64,000 bases of DNA from Spironucleus salmonicida (taxonomy: Eukaryota). The notes beneath the pieces were generated by a model, which saw only the letters and a program-made list of their open reading frames with translations, was not told the DNA's origin and ran no database searches. Positions 38,555-51,978 of this stretch are shown in pieces. The stretch lies in the NCBI RefSeq assembly GCF_000497125.1, contig NC_090602.1, positions 124,001 through 188,000 of the forward strand, in the 5' to 3' direction. The translations under genes were made by a program, and so were the position numbers. Positions within the stretch are counted from its first letter, which is position 1. Every line of letters begins with the position of its first letter.

Positions 38555-40099
38555 ATGAAAGTGGGTATTATAATCGAGGACATGGATCACCTGGACATAA
38601 TATCCTTACCTAACTCTACTATATATACAGCAGATTCGTTTATATACACTACTAATACCAATATTCTTAATCTAGCATAACTTGATTTTTAGGCTAACGA
38701 TGTAATAATACTTATAAATCCATCGCAAATTTTATCAACAAATGATCTGCATCCATTTATAATTTAAATTGATTTTTAACTTAATATATTGACTGTCCTT
38801 ACTAATCCAAAACTCTCTACAGTTCCATTAATTATCTCGCTCGACGACGATGTTCTTACAGTAAAAATTTCAGAAAATTTTGCTGCTCCAAAGCAACCTT
38901 GCGAAATTGCTTATCATGACATTGAGTTTTTATAATACGATGATTAAACTGTAGTTTTTACACCAATTCAGCAATAAGAGGATGCTTTGAAACTAGCATT
39001 TTAAGGTATTCGATTACCACTAGATTAAGAATGGAATTACTTCTAGTTGAATGACTATCCCAATATATAATAGTAAGTCATTGGTAGAAAACTTCAAATT
39101 AATGGTGCGAGGGGGTAATTTTATCGTAATGAATTATAACAAGACTACTATTATTGTGAGGAAAAGTCAGTGTTTTCATTAGCAGAGCGGATTATAGCTT
39201 TTAAAGATTCAGTTCACCATGCGCGTATTAGTTATTCTCTCATAAAATGTGAAAGGTCAAAAAGCTAGCTGATTTATTGTGATGACTCAAATATTTAAGA
39301 AATGCAAAAGTGTGAAAAGCTAACCATTTTTGGATCTTAAAGTCTTATAAAAATTCAAAAAAATATTACTCCAAAGTTCGGTAAATCCCTTCTATCACGA
39401 ATTGAAAAATTTCCTTGTTTTGAATCCTGTGTGGTTAACACACATCCATATCACAGTTCACATGCTGCAGTATGGGCAAAAGAGATGGCAGATGATATAA
39501 TATTGATGACAGAGTAAAAATTAGAACAAAGTCATAATTTTTTAAAATTTATCGATTTCTGGCCAGATTTCTTCGATTTCTATTTCAAGAAGGAAGTTGA
39601 TAGTCTGGTATAATTAGACATATTTTAAAATGAGAAAATAATGCCCGTTTATGTAAAGCGGGAAATTTTTTTACAAGATATCGGGGACATTTCTGGAGGA
39701 ATCAAGACACGACAATTATTGTATAAATTTAGATGTGAATAATTTAGTATAGCTTTAGATTCCTATGAGTATGAAATTGGAGTTTAGTTTTAAGAGTTTA
39801 ACTCGGATTTTAGTTTCATCAGCTAGAATTTATCATGTTTTTACAAGCTATTTGAATTTAATTATGAAAAAATGCCGCCATGTGATCCAAATGAGTGGAA
39901 ATCATTGAATATCTCTGCAAAAACTGTTGGTTAATTAGTAGAAATTTTAGAAAAATAAGGAATCGGTATAAGTAGTTTGTTTTCATCTGTTGGCAAATTT
40001 TTATGGCCTGGTAGTTCTAATACTTAGTTATCTCCAGGAATGGAAATTGTAATAGATACTGAAGATGGTGAAGAACTTCCTAATGTGATAATTGAGTGA
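38555..40099 (+). CDS. Highly reduced UBA1-like E1 (ubiquitin/UBL-activating) protein, 514 aa
   Basis: FESCVVNTHPYHSSHAAVWAKEM matches the E1 catalytic-Cys pattern (PxCTxxxFPxxxEHxxxWARxxF); C-terminal UFD-like MEIVIDTEDGEELPNVIIE; ends GAG-TGA. Confidence 0.6.
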
Positions 40100-40109
40100 A
40101 ATAAATAGC

Positions 40110-41105
40110 TCACCAGATTACCCAAGCAAAATATGTAATTATTTATCCTATAACAAGTGCAAAAATTGAATCTATAGACTGATCAAATATGAAAACTAAA
40201 GTACCAGGGCCAAATGAAAGTGTACGCCTAAATTCTTATACATCGAGGTCTTGTACACCAATATGTAAAGCTATTAAACCATATATATAAGGAAGAAGAA
40301 ACTATTTAAAACCAAGTAATATAAGTGTTTTGCTAGATTATAATAATGTGTCTTTGAGGGCTTATTTTGAGAATTTTTTGACAGCAAAGAAAAATGCAAT
40401 TCCAGCACAAACGAACCCTAAAGGCTCAGGAAGTTCTTGTAATAGTTTAAATGAACCTTATATAGCATAAGGAAAGGCAGGTCTTATCCCTGGTATAAGA
40501 GATAATAGTAATGTAACGATAGTCATTATAAACAAAGGATGCAAAACGATAATTAACACTTATTTATTATAAGAATTTTAAACTTTATGTTAAGCTATTA
40601 TTACTTGAGCCTCCGAATCTTTGGTAATTGTAAGTTGATCCACAAATTATTCTTCATGGTGCACTTCTTAATTTCCATCTACATGTGGAGGTTCTACGAC
40701 TTTAACCGGAGGTTGATATAGGTAATAATATAGCGGCAATAAAATAAAGGCTCCTAATCTAGATATATAATGAAATTTATTTGTTAATGGAATAAAGATA
40801 GAGTTAGAGTCGGCAAGTAATATAGGACCAAAAAATCTTTTAGGATATAACCAGTATAAAAGAAGCATTACAACTGAGTGTACGAACCAGATTCCGATTA
40901 ATTTCCAGTCTATAATAGTAATACCAATCCATGAATTAGTATTAAGAAGAATTATAGGATAAAGGCCAGAATATATAAAATTATAAACCATTGGCAATAA
41001 GTTCTCCGGAAACAACTTCACACAACCGATAATAACACCTATTAGAAATGTGCCTATAGTTGGTATAAGATTTGGTAAAGAATCAATAAAAATATTATTA
41101 GTCAT
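40110..41105 (-). CDS. AEC (auxin efflux carrier / Mem_trans) family-like membrane transporter, 331 aa
   Basis: Two hydrophobic bundles split by a hydrophilic loop; LHPLF, PLGFVCAG, FKQFLLP motifs. Confidence 0.7.
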
Positions 41106-41271
41106 TTTTTAATACGTATCCTAATTGATATATAATTAGATTCATTTATTTTGTTAATCAAGAATCTTTTAAATTTCTACAAATTTTATTCTAACTATAT
41201 TTTTGATATATAAATAAGAAGCTCAGCGAAACAAACTTACCTAAAGGTTATGTTAATGCATATATAGAAAG

Positions 41272-41949
41272 TCACTTTTCTGGTAATAGTTAATTTTATT
41301 CTTCCTAATTAAGATTTTATTCCGGAAGATTCTAACTTTTCAATTCAAGATATTATGTTATTTTAGCGATTACATCATTTTCGTCATCGGAAATAATAAA
41401 ATCCTCAAAGGTTGATTAATTAGGTATTTTGAAAAATATTGTTAGAAACTCATCGCTAAGTTAATCTAAATTACTTTATGCTTAATCGGCGCCTATATAT
41501 TTGGCAAGAGTATTACGTAGCCAGCGGTTTTTCTTACTTCTTCCAGAAAATGGATCACCAAAATGCTTTTGTACCTTAATAAACTCTTCTGGTTCTTTAA
41601 TAAAGAATTTATAGTCTGGCACAGTCATTCTTTATTAATACACAGTTATTCTTAAGGGTGATAATTAAGTATACTCTTACAGGATGGCTTATATAGTCTC
41701 CATCTCATCTTACGAAGAGCACTTTTCAAAATATTTATTTCTTAATTTTCTCCTCTCTTTAAGAGTCATTTTTTATTTTTCTTAATCATCATATTAATTA
41801 TTATTATGATTATCGGAATAATTATCATAATCATCTCTATTATACTAATTCCTATCAATGCTTCTATCAGTTGTTTTGTACTAACCTCTTTTGTTAAGAT
41901 CAAATGATTGATGCTTTTTCTAATTCTTAGTCTTTCTCTGGTCTCCCAT
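41272..41949 (-). CDS. Hypothetical protein, 225 aa
   Basis: MGDPEKDQELEK...; ends AAG-TGA. Confidence 0.7.
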
Positions 41950-42005
41950 ATAAAAGAAGTGAAATATATTATTTTAATTAGATAATTATATATTAAATCA
42001 TAATC

Positions 42006-42902
42006 TCATTAATCAACTCTAAGACATTCTAATTAACTACCGCTTAATAAATAAGTAAAATTTCCATTTATTGCACTGTTTTAGCATCCTATCCCACATA
42101 TATAACACATTACTGGTTTTAGATTAGATTTTTACCACATATAACATCTTCCATCGTTACCTGTAGTCACAAACATATTTTCGCCTAGACTGATGCTTTA
42201 GACAGCTTTATCATGTTTTTTTAATTATTCAATTTAACTAGTAAATCTAATATCTGTCACATTTATATAATTTGTATCATTTTCTAAGAAAAATACATTA
42301 TTACAATCCGTTCTAACTTTAACAACAGGTTTACCGGATTACGCTATTAGTTGTGATGATTTCGGAGCCCGAGGGTCAAAAATTCTAATTTCTCCAGTTT
42401 CAGAACTAACTAAAAATGTATTTCCTAAATACTCACATACATCCTAAGCGGATTTTTCACTGACGGCGGTAATAGAAATAGGTTAATTGCGAGATAAATC
42501 GTACAGAGCTAACAGTCCATCTGATGATGTAGCTGCACATAAATGTGGTTAATTTTTTGGAATAGAAATCGATAATACTGGTGATTATGTTCTGAAATCA
42601 GGTTTTAGTGATTAAATCAAATTAAGGTGGCCATATTCATATTTGTATATTCTTAAGCAATCTGAAGATGTGAGAATAAGATCAGGGTTTTGTGGTAGAA
42701 ATTTAATTGAAGTCGGTGGAAAATGAATAGGGGTTGATGCAAGTTGCTAGAATGGATTATAATGCTGTTAACTAAATCGTGTTAAAGTAAGATTATTTGG
42801 TTATTCTAAATCAAAAGATGAGGTTACAATATGTTAATCATTAATATCTAACGCAAATTAGCGTTAAGAAAATTAGTTTCTATATACTTTTTATTCTTGC
42901 AT
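42006..42902 (-). CDS. DCAF7: WD40 protein, DCAF7/WDR68/AN11 family, 298 aa
   Basis: HFPPTSIKFLPQNPDLILTSSDCLRIY and C-terminal LECLRV match the family. Confidence 0.8.
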
Positions 42903-42968
42903 TTCTTATAACAATACTTAGATTAATATATAATAAATATAATATTTATAAAATTTGCAAATTCTAAA

Positions 42969-44612
42969 ATGAATAGACCAACAACAGCTCCTCCTGCACT
43001 ACGCAAGCTCACTAATTTTAGAGGTATAAACCAAGATATACTTGCAGAAAATACAGCTAATAAGCTGGAAATAGTTTAGGAAGACCAGCAAGCTGTTTCT
43101 AAACTTTTAAATCATAAATTAGACTAGAACAAGTTCATCATTCAAAAGTTAAGTGGCGAAAACAAGGAAATTATGACTTTTCTCAAGGCTTCTGGCAAGA
43201 ATTTTGGCCTTCCTCCAGTACCAAAAGGCGATTAGCAGCTTTAACTTTCTGTCATTAAGGGCCCTACTTTATCTATCTTATCTGCATAAATTAAAGATAT
43301 GGAACTAAATCTGGACAAATACACACATAAAAAACGGCTAAATTTTGGCAAAATTAAACAATTAGATGACAATATAAACCTTCTAACAAAAGAAATCGAC
43401 CGCCCTGAACCAGTTGTTGAGCGAGCTTTAAAGCAAGTGCGGGATTTAGAAAACCAACTTGACGATGCGTCAATAAAAGAGAAAGAAGCATATTCAATCT
43501 AAGATACATTCAAAACAATTATAAACAAGCTTAAACGTGAGAGCTTGCGATTCGAAAAAGAGCTTGAATTCTCGGATACATAAAGTAAAATCTAGGAGTA
43601 AGATATCGCTTAATTGACGATTTACACTAAAGAGGCAGAAGATGCAGCAGTTCTTACATAGGCCTAATGTGAGTCCTATAGAGGCCAGCTTTCCCAGCAA
43701 AAATAGACTAGAAAACAAGCACTTGATGAAAGACGTCACGAAGTAGAGCTTATTATTGAGCAGGAAAGGGCTGCAGAAAAGCTTAAACAAGAATCCTAAC
43801 TAATAGATTACCATAAAAACATCAACTACGAGGAGGAGGATTTTGATGTCGAAAAATGTATTTTGAACGAGCAATTTATGCAAAAATAACTCACCAAAAT
43901 ACGGGATTTGGCAGGAATTGATGACCTTGACTAACTCGTCAAAAAATCAGTAAATTAGGCAAAAGTCCAAGAGGAACTTTAGGAGAACACAAAAGAGTCA
44001 CAGGACAAATTGAGCGAAATCTCAAAAGAGGTTTCAGGGTTGAAAATTTAGCTATAAGATGCCTCATTTGCAGCAGATTCTATGGGAAATCGTAGGCTAA
44101 TTGACAGGCTGAAATAGCAAATTCAAGAGGAAAGATTTAGGGTCTCTGCTGTTCAATTGCACAGTTAATAGGCTGGAGTGTACTTCAATTAATTACAACG
44201 CGGAATTCATCATATTTTAGAACTACTAATAATTATTTAGACAGTGTCCGATCTTGACATTTAGTCGTTGTCGACAAGTAACACAGAGGACTTAAAACCG
44301 AGAATTTAGTGCATTAGTGAAAAGATTTGTGCGCTGATGGAGGTCGTAGACTAGTAGCAAATTGCAGCCAGTTCGATGAGGGTAAGTAGAGTCACTAATT
44401 GTGTTGAAGTGAATTTAGAGGAAGATGCGATTGACCTTGTTCAGGATGACTGGGATGGTAGTGGTCTAACTGTTGGAAAGAGTAGTGCGGTGAGTGTTGA
44501 GAGCTTTATTTAGCCCGTTTAAAAGGATGAAAACGAGTTCGATAAAGTCAGGAGGGAATAAAAAGAAAGGACCAGGAAAATAATCGAAAGTTAGAAAAAA
44601 GAGGAATACTGA
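42969..44612 (+). CDS. Outer dynein arm docking/assembly coiled-coil protein, CCDC151/ODA-DC1-like, 547 aa
   Basis: VRDLENQLDDASIKEKEAYSIQDTFKTIINKLKRESLRF matches the family core; C-terminal RREQKERTRKII. Confidence 0.8.
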
Positions 44613-45492
44613 ATAAAAAGTTTCACTAGAATAATTCATATAGCTTGTTGATAGCAATTTCAGTATCCCCATTTGAAAGGAACAATGCATCTATAATGAA
44701 GTTATCTGAAAAGCGTAGGTTCATATCATGAATGAGAGAAAGCTGAGGATAGTATTATTACATTAAATAATCATAATCCAGGTCAAGTTAACCAATTTTT
44801 GGTATTTAGAGACCTTTATTAAGAAGTTCTAGCCAGAACCTGTATGGGTTCGGTTAGGATTGAAGAAGAATCAGAAGTCCGGAACCATCATAATATAGAT
44901 TATCAATAGCATTTGCATTTGATAATAATTATTTTATTTTATTTGAGTTTATAAGAAGATTAAAATCTTTATTATTTCCTAGAATGAGATCGAATTCTTT
45001 AGCAGTTTAGTGATATTTTTAGAGAAAAATATTTACATGATTTTAAAGAATTTATACTAATTCTGACTTTTTTTTTAAGAGTTTATATAGTTAGTATTCA
45101 ACTTAAAGATCTGATTTGAATTATTAAAGATCTGAAAGTTGATTAGTCATAGGGCTCAGTATCTCTCTTATTTCATGTTAATTGAAGAATTTGTCGAAAA
45201 TTAATTGATCATAAAGAAATAACTCCATATCTGTTTACTTAATATTATAGTACTCTAGACCGTCTACATATTATTTTGGCCAGTCCATTAGAAATGTCTA
45301 TTAATTATAATCGTAAAATATATATATAGATATAGTTTCCCATTTGCTTGAGATACGAGTATAAAGTAATCCTTACTACTAAATTAAAGCTCTAAGATAG
45401 TCTTTAATATAAAAATAAATTAAAAATGTTATTGTAATTTTCAGTAGAAATTAATAAATTGCTAAAAATAAGTAACTCCAACCCTCAGAAAA

Positions 45493-46146
45493 TCACTTGC
45501 CATATTATCTATAAATAGTTTTCTCATATTATTTACCATTAACAAAATTGGTATATTCTCTACTAATACCAGTGTTGCCAAAGCCGATGGGGAATCTTTC
45601 AGGTACGTGATTATGTGTTCTACTAGTTTGGGATTCCCAAACATCGTTTTTATTACCTTATGCAATGTTCCAGCCAAATTTAATTTGTGAAGCATTTCTG
45701 TAAGGTGCCTTGAAATCTTCAGGTTGCATTCTATTACGCCAAGCATTCGCATTAAAAGGACACAATAGCTTCTTCTCACCAGGACCTAATTCTTTGTTAT
45801 TCTTGGGATATTTTTTAGGATATGTAGCATCCACCTGCGTAATGTTGCCTTCAAATGAACGAGGTCTATCTTCCTTTTTCAAGGTTGATTTTTTACGAGT
45901 TTGTTCTAATTTAAGTGAATCATCTAGACGTGTTAACTCATGAGGTTAAGGCTTGACTGATACTTCCATACCTCGTCTCGTGACCTTCATAGATTAGGTA
46001 GAATGGTCTTATTCTACTAAAGGAGCAGCTCTAAAGATTTTATTTGCAGTATCCTGATATTTACTCATATTTTTTGTTTTTAAATGAATATGTTCAGTAA
46101 CACAGCAAGATGAGTTAAGCTTAGTATGATCACAGTTGCAGGTCAT
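45493..46146 (-). CDS. Hypothetical protein, 217 aa
   Basis: C-rich CATTCCACTAAA before ATG 46146 (alternative ATG 46068); includes track ORF 45658-45882; ends AAG-TGA. Confidence 0.7.
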
Positions 46147-46615
46147 TTTAGTGGAATGATTTTGCGGACAAAAGGGGATTTCAAAGAATGTACTAATTAA
46201 TATATTCTACCTATCATTCTATAGAAAATCTAATATTAAATTACATATTTATCTAATATTACATTTACAGTATGTAATTTTGAATCTAAATAAGATTAAC
46301 GATAACATTATATGATATTATATATTGGATTTTTCAATCTTATATATTTGCAATTTTATATGTTTGACGTCAATATTATCAATATATTTTATTATACTGT
46401 GCAATTCTTTAATGAATAGATAGATATTTTTAGTTCATAATAGGATCACTATTGCGTATTATAGTATTTTCTGCAATACATATTCATATTCAATACAAAA
46501 TTTTTAATTTAAATCAGGTTCGATAATTAAAATAAATATATTTAAAATACGTGACAAACATTAACATACTATTCAACATCCACATATCTTGTTTATGTAT
46601 TAAAAATATCCTCAT

Positions 46616-47692
46616 TCAAACTCCAAGCCACATTTTCATTATACCTTCCCTTCCATCTTCTGCCAAAAACTGTAAAATCTCGTCACCTGATATTTAACAA
46701 ACTAAATTAGTGACAAATTTGGAGTAAACAGTAATAATAGTTTCATTTTTAATGCTAAAACATTCGTTCAGAACACTACAAACCGATTTATTGATAGATT
46801 TAGATGCCAGTTTCTCATAGTTTATTTCAATTTCTTAAATTTAAAAATGAAATCTGTTAACTCTATTTGGCTGCTTAATTACCTTTCCTGGCTTAAATTA
46901 AAGAGTTTATTTATCAAAAAATGCACATAAACTGGTAATTTAAGGAACGATTAAGTCCTCAAAAGGGTCGATTAGTGGTTGTATTTAAGAAAAATTTACT
47001 ATTTTAGCATCAGAAAATTCTATACCTGAAAAGAATGGCGAATAATAAATATCACGTTTTTAAGCGTGTTTTTATATAAATTCTACTTTTTAAACTGTAA
47101 ACGTAATCCCCATCATAAGTTTAGCCTGATTTTTTTAATATGGCGATTTTAATGCAATTTCAGAACTATTGTGAATAACTTATTATTATAAGGTACTGCT
47201 AAGAATAAGTGTTTCTCCATAGTTTGGTTTGGAATCAAATGTAACGGGCTTGAGCTAACTAATCTCTGCTGTTGTAAGATTTGTATTTTTGAAATTAAAA
47301 TATCGCATTAATGTAGATGATTACTTTTTAAGGTAAAATTCAATATCTTGAACGTTAAGAGGGGAATTAAAATTTATTTATGTAATTATAAATGCAAAAT
47401 TTAGGTGACGAACGAGTGATCCAGGTTTTATCGTACATATATCAATGCATGGATCATCTACATATGTAATATGATGCGGAAGTGTTATAGACGGTGGAAG
47501 AACAAAATGTTGTGGGAGAGCATCTTATGTAATAGGATATGGAATTTTTGCACGTAATGAGTGTAATGCAGCTGAAATCGAGGGAGTTGCAAATGCACTG
47601 CGCAAAAAATTATTTAAGGCATCATGAAGTGTATTAAGCTTGTCATAGTAAGTAATAGATACTTGAGGTGTATTATAAACAGAATGTTACAT
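46616..47692 (-). CDS. Hypothetical protein, 358 aa
   Basis: MQHSVYNTPQVS...; no in-frame TGA found until 46616; starts 47 bp from cassette copy 2. Confidence 0.7.
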
Positions 47693-47793
47693 AAACTCTG
47701 TGTATAATTAAAAAATTTACTGCAAAAGAGCTTCGCTGCTCATTTTGAAAATGTTCAATATCTATATACCGTATAATATCCGTGTTCTCCAGG

Positions 47794-48216
47794 ATGGACT
47801 GCGAGATTCAGAAAATCGCACAGCTGCTCAACCCAGCGCAGCTGGACCTTTCGGCCGAGATAGTCAAGCATACTGAGTCAAGAATGGCTCAGCTGGTTTT
47901 CGAGAACGCAGTGCTCCGTGACGACATCGCGGACCTGCTGCGCGAGAAGGCACGTCTGGTGCGAGGCATACAGGGGAGCCAGGAATCGGGGCAGCAGGGC
48001 GGATGGACTATCGCCGGGACCCAAGCGTCCACAGATATTCCTGGCGAGGTGGACTGCCTGCAGCACGCGCTGGGTTCGCTAGGCTGGGCGCAGTTCGACG
48101 CTGGCGTTCTGCGGTCGTTCCGCCTCTAGCGCAGCATCGACCATATGCTAGGCAGGGAAAGTGCGGGACCGGTGCACAGCCTGGAGGATATTGCTGCCTT
48201 CTGCCGAGTCGAGTGA
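47794..48216 (+). CDS. Cassette ORF-A, copy 2, 140 aa
   Basis: Same as 32900-33322 with K/Q, L/V and L/S differences. Confidence 0.65.
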
Positions 48217-48275
48217 TGCTATAAGAAAGTGAAGTACGCGAGTATGCATATAATAAGTCAAAACACCACCGAAAA

Positions 48276-49091
48276 ATGACAAGTTTAACCCACTACGACC
48301 TTGCCACGCTTGCCGACGCAGACTAGATCCGGACCCTCATCAATCCCGCCGGTACCTGTACGAAGCAATCCACCTAGAATGTGGATGTGACCCTAATCCT
48401 CCAGTCGCCCGTGATCCCGCTGCCAGTCAAGATCCTGAACCTGAAGCCCGCAGCAGACTAGCAGCGGCTAGCACATGACACGTTAATGAACTTCCTCAAC
48501 GCGTCATTCGAGCAGCGTGTGAATGGTAACGCGGTGTAGCTACTGAAGGAGTCCGAGGACGGCATCACTTCCACCCTGGGCACGGTCGGCTCGACGCTCG
48601 ACGCGAACCCCCATAACATCGTGTTCCCCTTTCACCGCACAATCGCCCACTACGCCTTCTACTACAAGTGGCTAGCAGTGGTAGACTACTTCCTCCGCGA
48701 GGACCTCCTCCGGGACATTACTTCGCCAGACAGCGTGGGCATGACGCCCCTCGACCTGTACTATGTCAACTACCGCGAGCTCGCCCAGCACATCGATCTC
48801 GACGACGTTAAGCACCCCCAGCACCCATCTGCCCTCAAGCGGCATGGCACCTGGTGGCGCGACCAGTAGCTCTACAAGATAGCTTGCCAGAGCGGGATGC
48901 TGCAGAACATCAGCAACGCAATCGCGATCCAGGTGCCCGCACCCTCCAAACCCCATAAGGAAGGCACGCCGGAGATCATGGGCGTAAAGGAGCTTCTGAC
49001 TGTGCTCTTCGCGGCAATCGGCGGCACCCCCACCCAGAAAGCCTACTCCCCACTGGTCAACCTCAGGCTCTGGCCGGTGGATCTATACTGA
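48276..49091 (+). CDS. Cassette ORF-B, copy 2, 271 aa
   Basis: Same as 33382-34197 with one N/D difference seen. Confidence 0.75.
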
Positions 49092-49379
49092 TATTTGAAT
49101 CATTCAACTAATTTTTTTAATAATATTACTTATCCTTATTTATATTTAATTTTAACTGTCTTTATAAGTTTAAAATATCAAAGAATCGAGTTATTTTTAT
49201 CCTTACGTTTTAAATTTTAAATATATTTCAGATCTATATTAAATAATACTTGAATTAGGCTATTATGATGTTTTAAATTAATATTTAACTAAACAAATAA
49301 ATATTATCACAGATATGAATACACAATAAATAATTAAATACTATATAATTATAAATGCTATATAAATTTTTTCACTTTA

Positions 49380-49580
49380 ATGGATGAATTTATTTAAGAA
49401 GCAACCAATTTTTATAAACTCCCTAATGTAATTCCAAATGCATCAATTACTGCAGCTGGATATTAAATGATAAAAGATTATAATAAAAATGGTAGAATAT
49501 ATAATAGTAAAACGGATGATTTCGAAATGAAAGCAAAAGAAATTTTAAATAAGTTTAAAGCCATGCCCAATTATGTATGA
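49380..49580 (+). CDS. Small hypothetical protein, 66 aa
   Basis: MDEFIQEATNFYKLPNVIP...AMPNYV-TGA. Confidence 0.5.
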
Positions 49581-49599
49581 CTGTCTAATTTTTCTCACT

Positions 49600-49893
49600 T
49601 CATAATTTATTGTAAAGTTCATCAATAATACATTCTAGATCTATAGCCCCATTAGGGAACTATAAACTTTCTTCTTATGTATATTTACATATAATTTATT
49701 TTAAAAGGCCTTTAACTTCAGGAAGTTATAGTATTTTTTTTAAGTCTAACTAGGATGAAATATTAGTAGGTTTATCTGATAATTCCTATCTAAATTTATT
49801 ATAAGAATTAAATAATTTATTTTCACCTAAGTACTATTTAAGTAGACCATTTATGATTTAAGTAGTATTAATCATTAAAACTTATTCCAACAT
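49600..49893 (-). CDS. Small LisH-like helical protein, 97 aa
   Basis: IINGLLKQYLGENKLFNSYNKFRQE resembles a LisH motif; AGTGA just after the stop. Confidence 0.55.
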
Positions 49894-49930
49894 ATTATAT
49901 AATATAGTATATAAATTACTCATACTTTTT

Positions 49931-50452
49931 ATGGAATAGAATGAAACTCAGATATAATTCACTGACCGTTTAATATAATTAAGAAAAGAAATCCAAATTT
50001 AACGAACTAAATTAGTAAAAATGTAAATTAAGTAAGAATTTATAGATGGAATCTCACAAACGGATAATTTATAATATCACTAGTTCATGAATGAAAAAGC
50101 AATTTAGTATAATTAAAATTCTGATGAATATTAAATTTCTGAAGTAGGAACATAAACACCATCCAGTAGAGTTCAACAAGCAGTACAAACGATTATTCCG
50201 TAAATAACTGAGAGTACGACAATTACTAATTTTTATGATTTATTCCCCTAGTATAAAGAAGAAAACTTCTTAAAACACTAACAGATTTAGTAATAAAAAG
50301 ATTAACATTAATTCTCAATACTCTCTACCGTATAGGAAGGAACAAAATACTGGGACTTATAGAAAACTATAACTAATAACAAATCTTGCTACATAATAGA
50401 TGGAGTTAAGCTGCCAGTATATCGAAAACTGAGCTAGTCTAGTTTTAAGTGA
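49931..50452 (+). CDS. Hypothetical protein, 173 aa
   Basis: MEQNETQIQFTDRL...; ends AAG-TGA. Confidence 0.6.
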
Positions 50453-50592
50453 ATTACTGCATTGGAATGTATAATTCTGACCAACTTTATTTTCTAAATG
50501 CTAGTAAAACATTAATTACTTAAATTATATTTTCCCTCCAAAATATAATTATTATATAAATTTAATCGTTTAATACCAAAAATTTTTACAAA

Positions 50593-51978
50593 ATGTCACT
50601 ATACTCTACCCATAATCTGTCATTCCACTCCTCAGCGCCCTCAGTAACAGAACAAGATACACTATCCACCGCTATAGAAAAACTACGTCAAAAAGCTCTC
50701 ATTCTATAATCACGACAAAGAACTGTTTTAGATGATTATGAAAACTCTGAGAGAAGAATGAATTAACTGAAAGATGCAGTTAATGAATCAGAGGAACGGA
50801 ACATACGATTAACAAAGAAAATCTAGCATTATAAATCTACTCTTTAGGACTAAATTGCAGAAGGACTCGACTAACACTAAACAAAGTTAGAAAATGTTTA
50901 AACGGAATTAGAGCAACTGAAGGAAAGAAATCACTAATTAGAAAATAATAGAAGCTAAATTTGTGAAACTAATATAAAAACGGAAGGTTAACTTTAAATT
51001 TAAGTTGCAGAAATTTAGCAAGAAAAAGACGCAGCAAATGCTCAAATTGAACGAATAAAATAAGAAGTTAGAGAATTAATAATCTAGAAAGATAAATTGA
51101 CGTCAAACTTCAGCGAGCTTACTAATGCAAACGCATCATTGAAAATTACAGTTTACCATTTTATTTTGAAAAAGCTTTCTAAATTCAGTGACGAAAATTA
51201 TGCTAAGTATGTTGATTAAACTCTTTAAATGAAAAAAATAAGTAATCAATAAGCACAAAATCTTATAAATAGCTAGAATAACGACTTTTTGACGGAAATT
51301 CTTCTCCAAAAATTTGATTACGGAGACGATTGGACGTAGGAGCAAAAACGTCCAAAAGTAGATTCAAATTTGCAGGTAAATCAGCCTAGTCGTAACATGT
51401 TAACTTCTGTCACAATTTTTGATAATAATGATAATGAAACCACCTTTAATCAGTATGTTGCTGAGGAAACAGCAATTTAACGAAAACGATCTGGATCTAC
51501 TAATTACTCGATTTTAAGGTCAGATCCAGAAGATTCTACAATGAGCTTACGCAATTCACGTGTAAGGAGGGAAATAGATTTTTTAACAAACGATTCACCA
51601 GGATAAAAAGGAGGTAGAAAAATAAAAATTTCAGCCAAAAAGGGTCAGAAAAGTATGGAAACCTTCAACTATAAAGGGATGTAAGGTAGTTATGGATATG
51701 ATAAACCATAGGCAAGAAGGTATTCTGGAAGTTAAGAAGGATCGGGTACACTTAAAACTAAGGCTAGAGATGATATAATGGAAGGATTGAGATGTAAACT
51801 TATCGATTTGAGCGAAGAGAAAGGAAGGTTATTGAGAAGGTTAGAAGCAGTTTAAAAAAGTTATACAAGAGGTCCAGACAAGACACTCAGAATGGGTAAA
51901 ATCAAAGAAGAGATTACTAGAGTTATGAGGGATATGAAATTGCTCAAAGATCGGTTATAAAAGATTAAGAATAAATGA
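50593..51978 (+). CDS. Coiled-coil protein, 461 aa
   Basis: MSLYSTHNLSF...; N- and C-terminal heptad regions. Confidence 0.75.

Larger units (their letters stand above)
47739..49094 (+). repeat. Copy 2 of 1,356-bp GC-rich two-gene dispersed repeat
   Basis: Near-identical to 32845-34200. Confidence 0.95.

Noticed and set aside
44620-45480. Possible gene after the CCDC151-like ORF
   Set aside because: Only short, unconvincing frames found.
46090-46190. GC-elevated intergenic-looking stretch as ncRNA
   Set aside because: Explained by the promoter patch and in-frame N-terminal extension of the 45493-46146 gene.
34201-47738. Composite transposon or LTR element bounded by the two cassette copies
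   Set aside because: The interior is ordinary AT-rich host genes (DCAF7, CCDC151-like) with no gag/pol/transposase and no target-site duplication seen.
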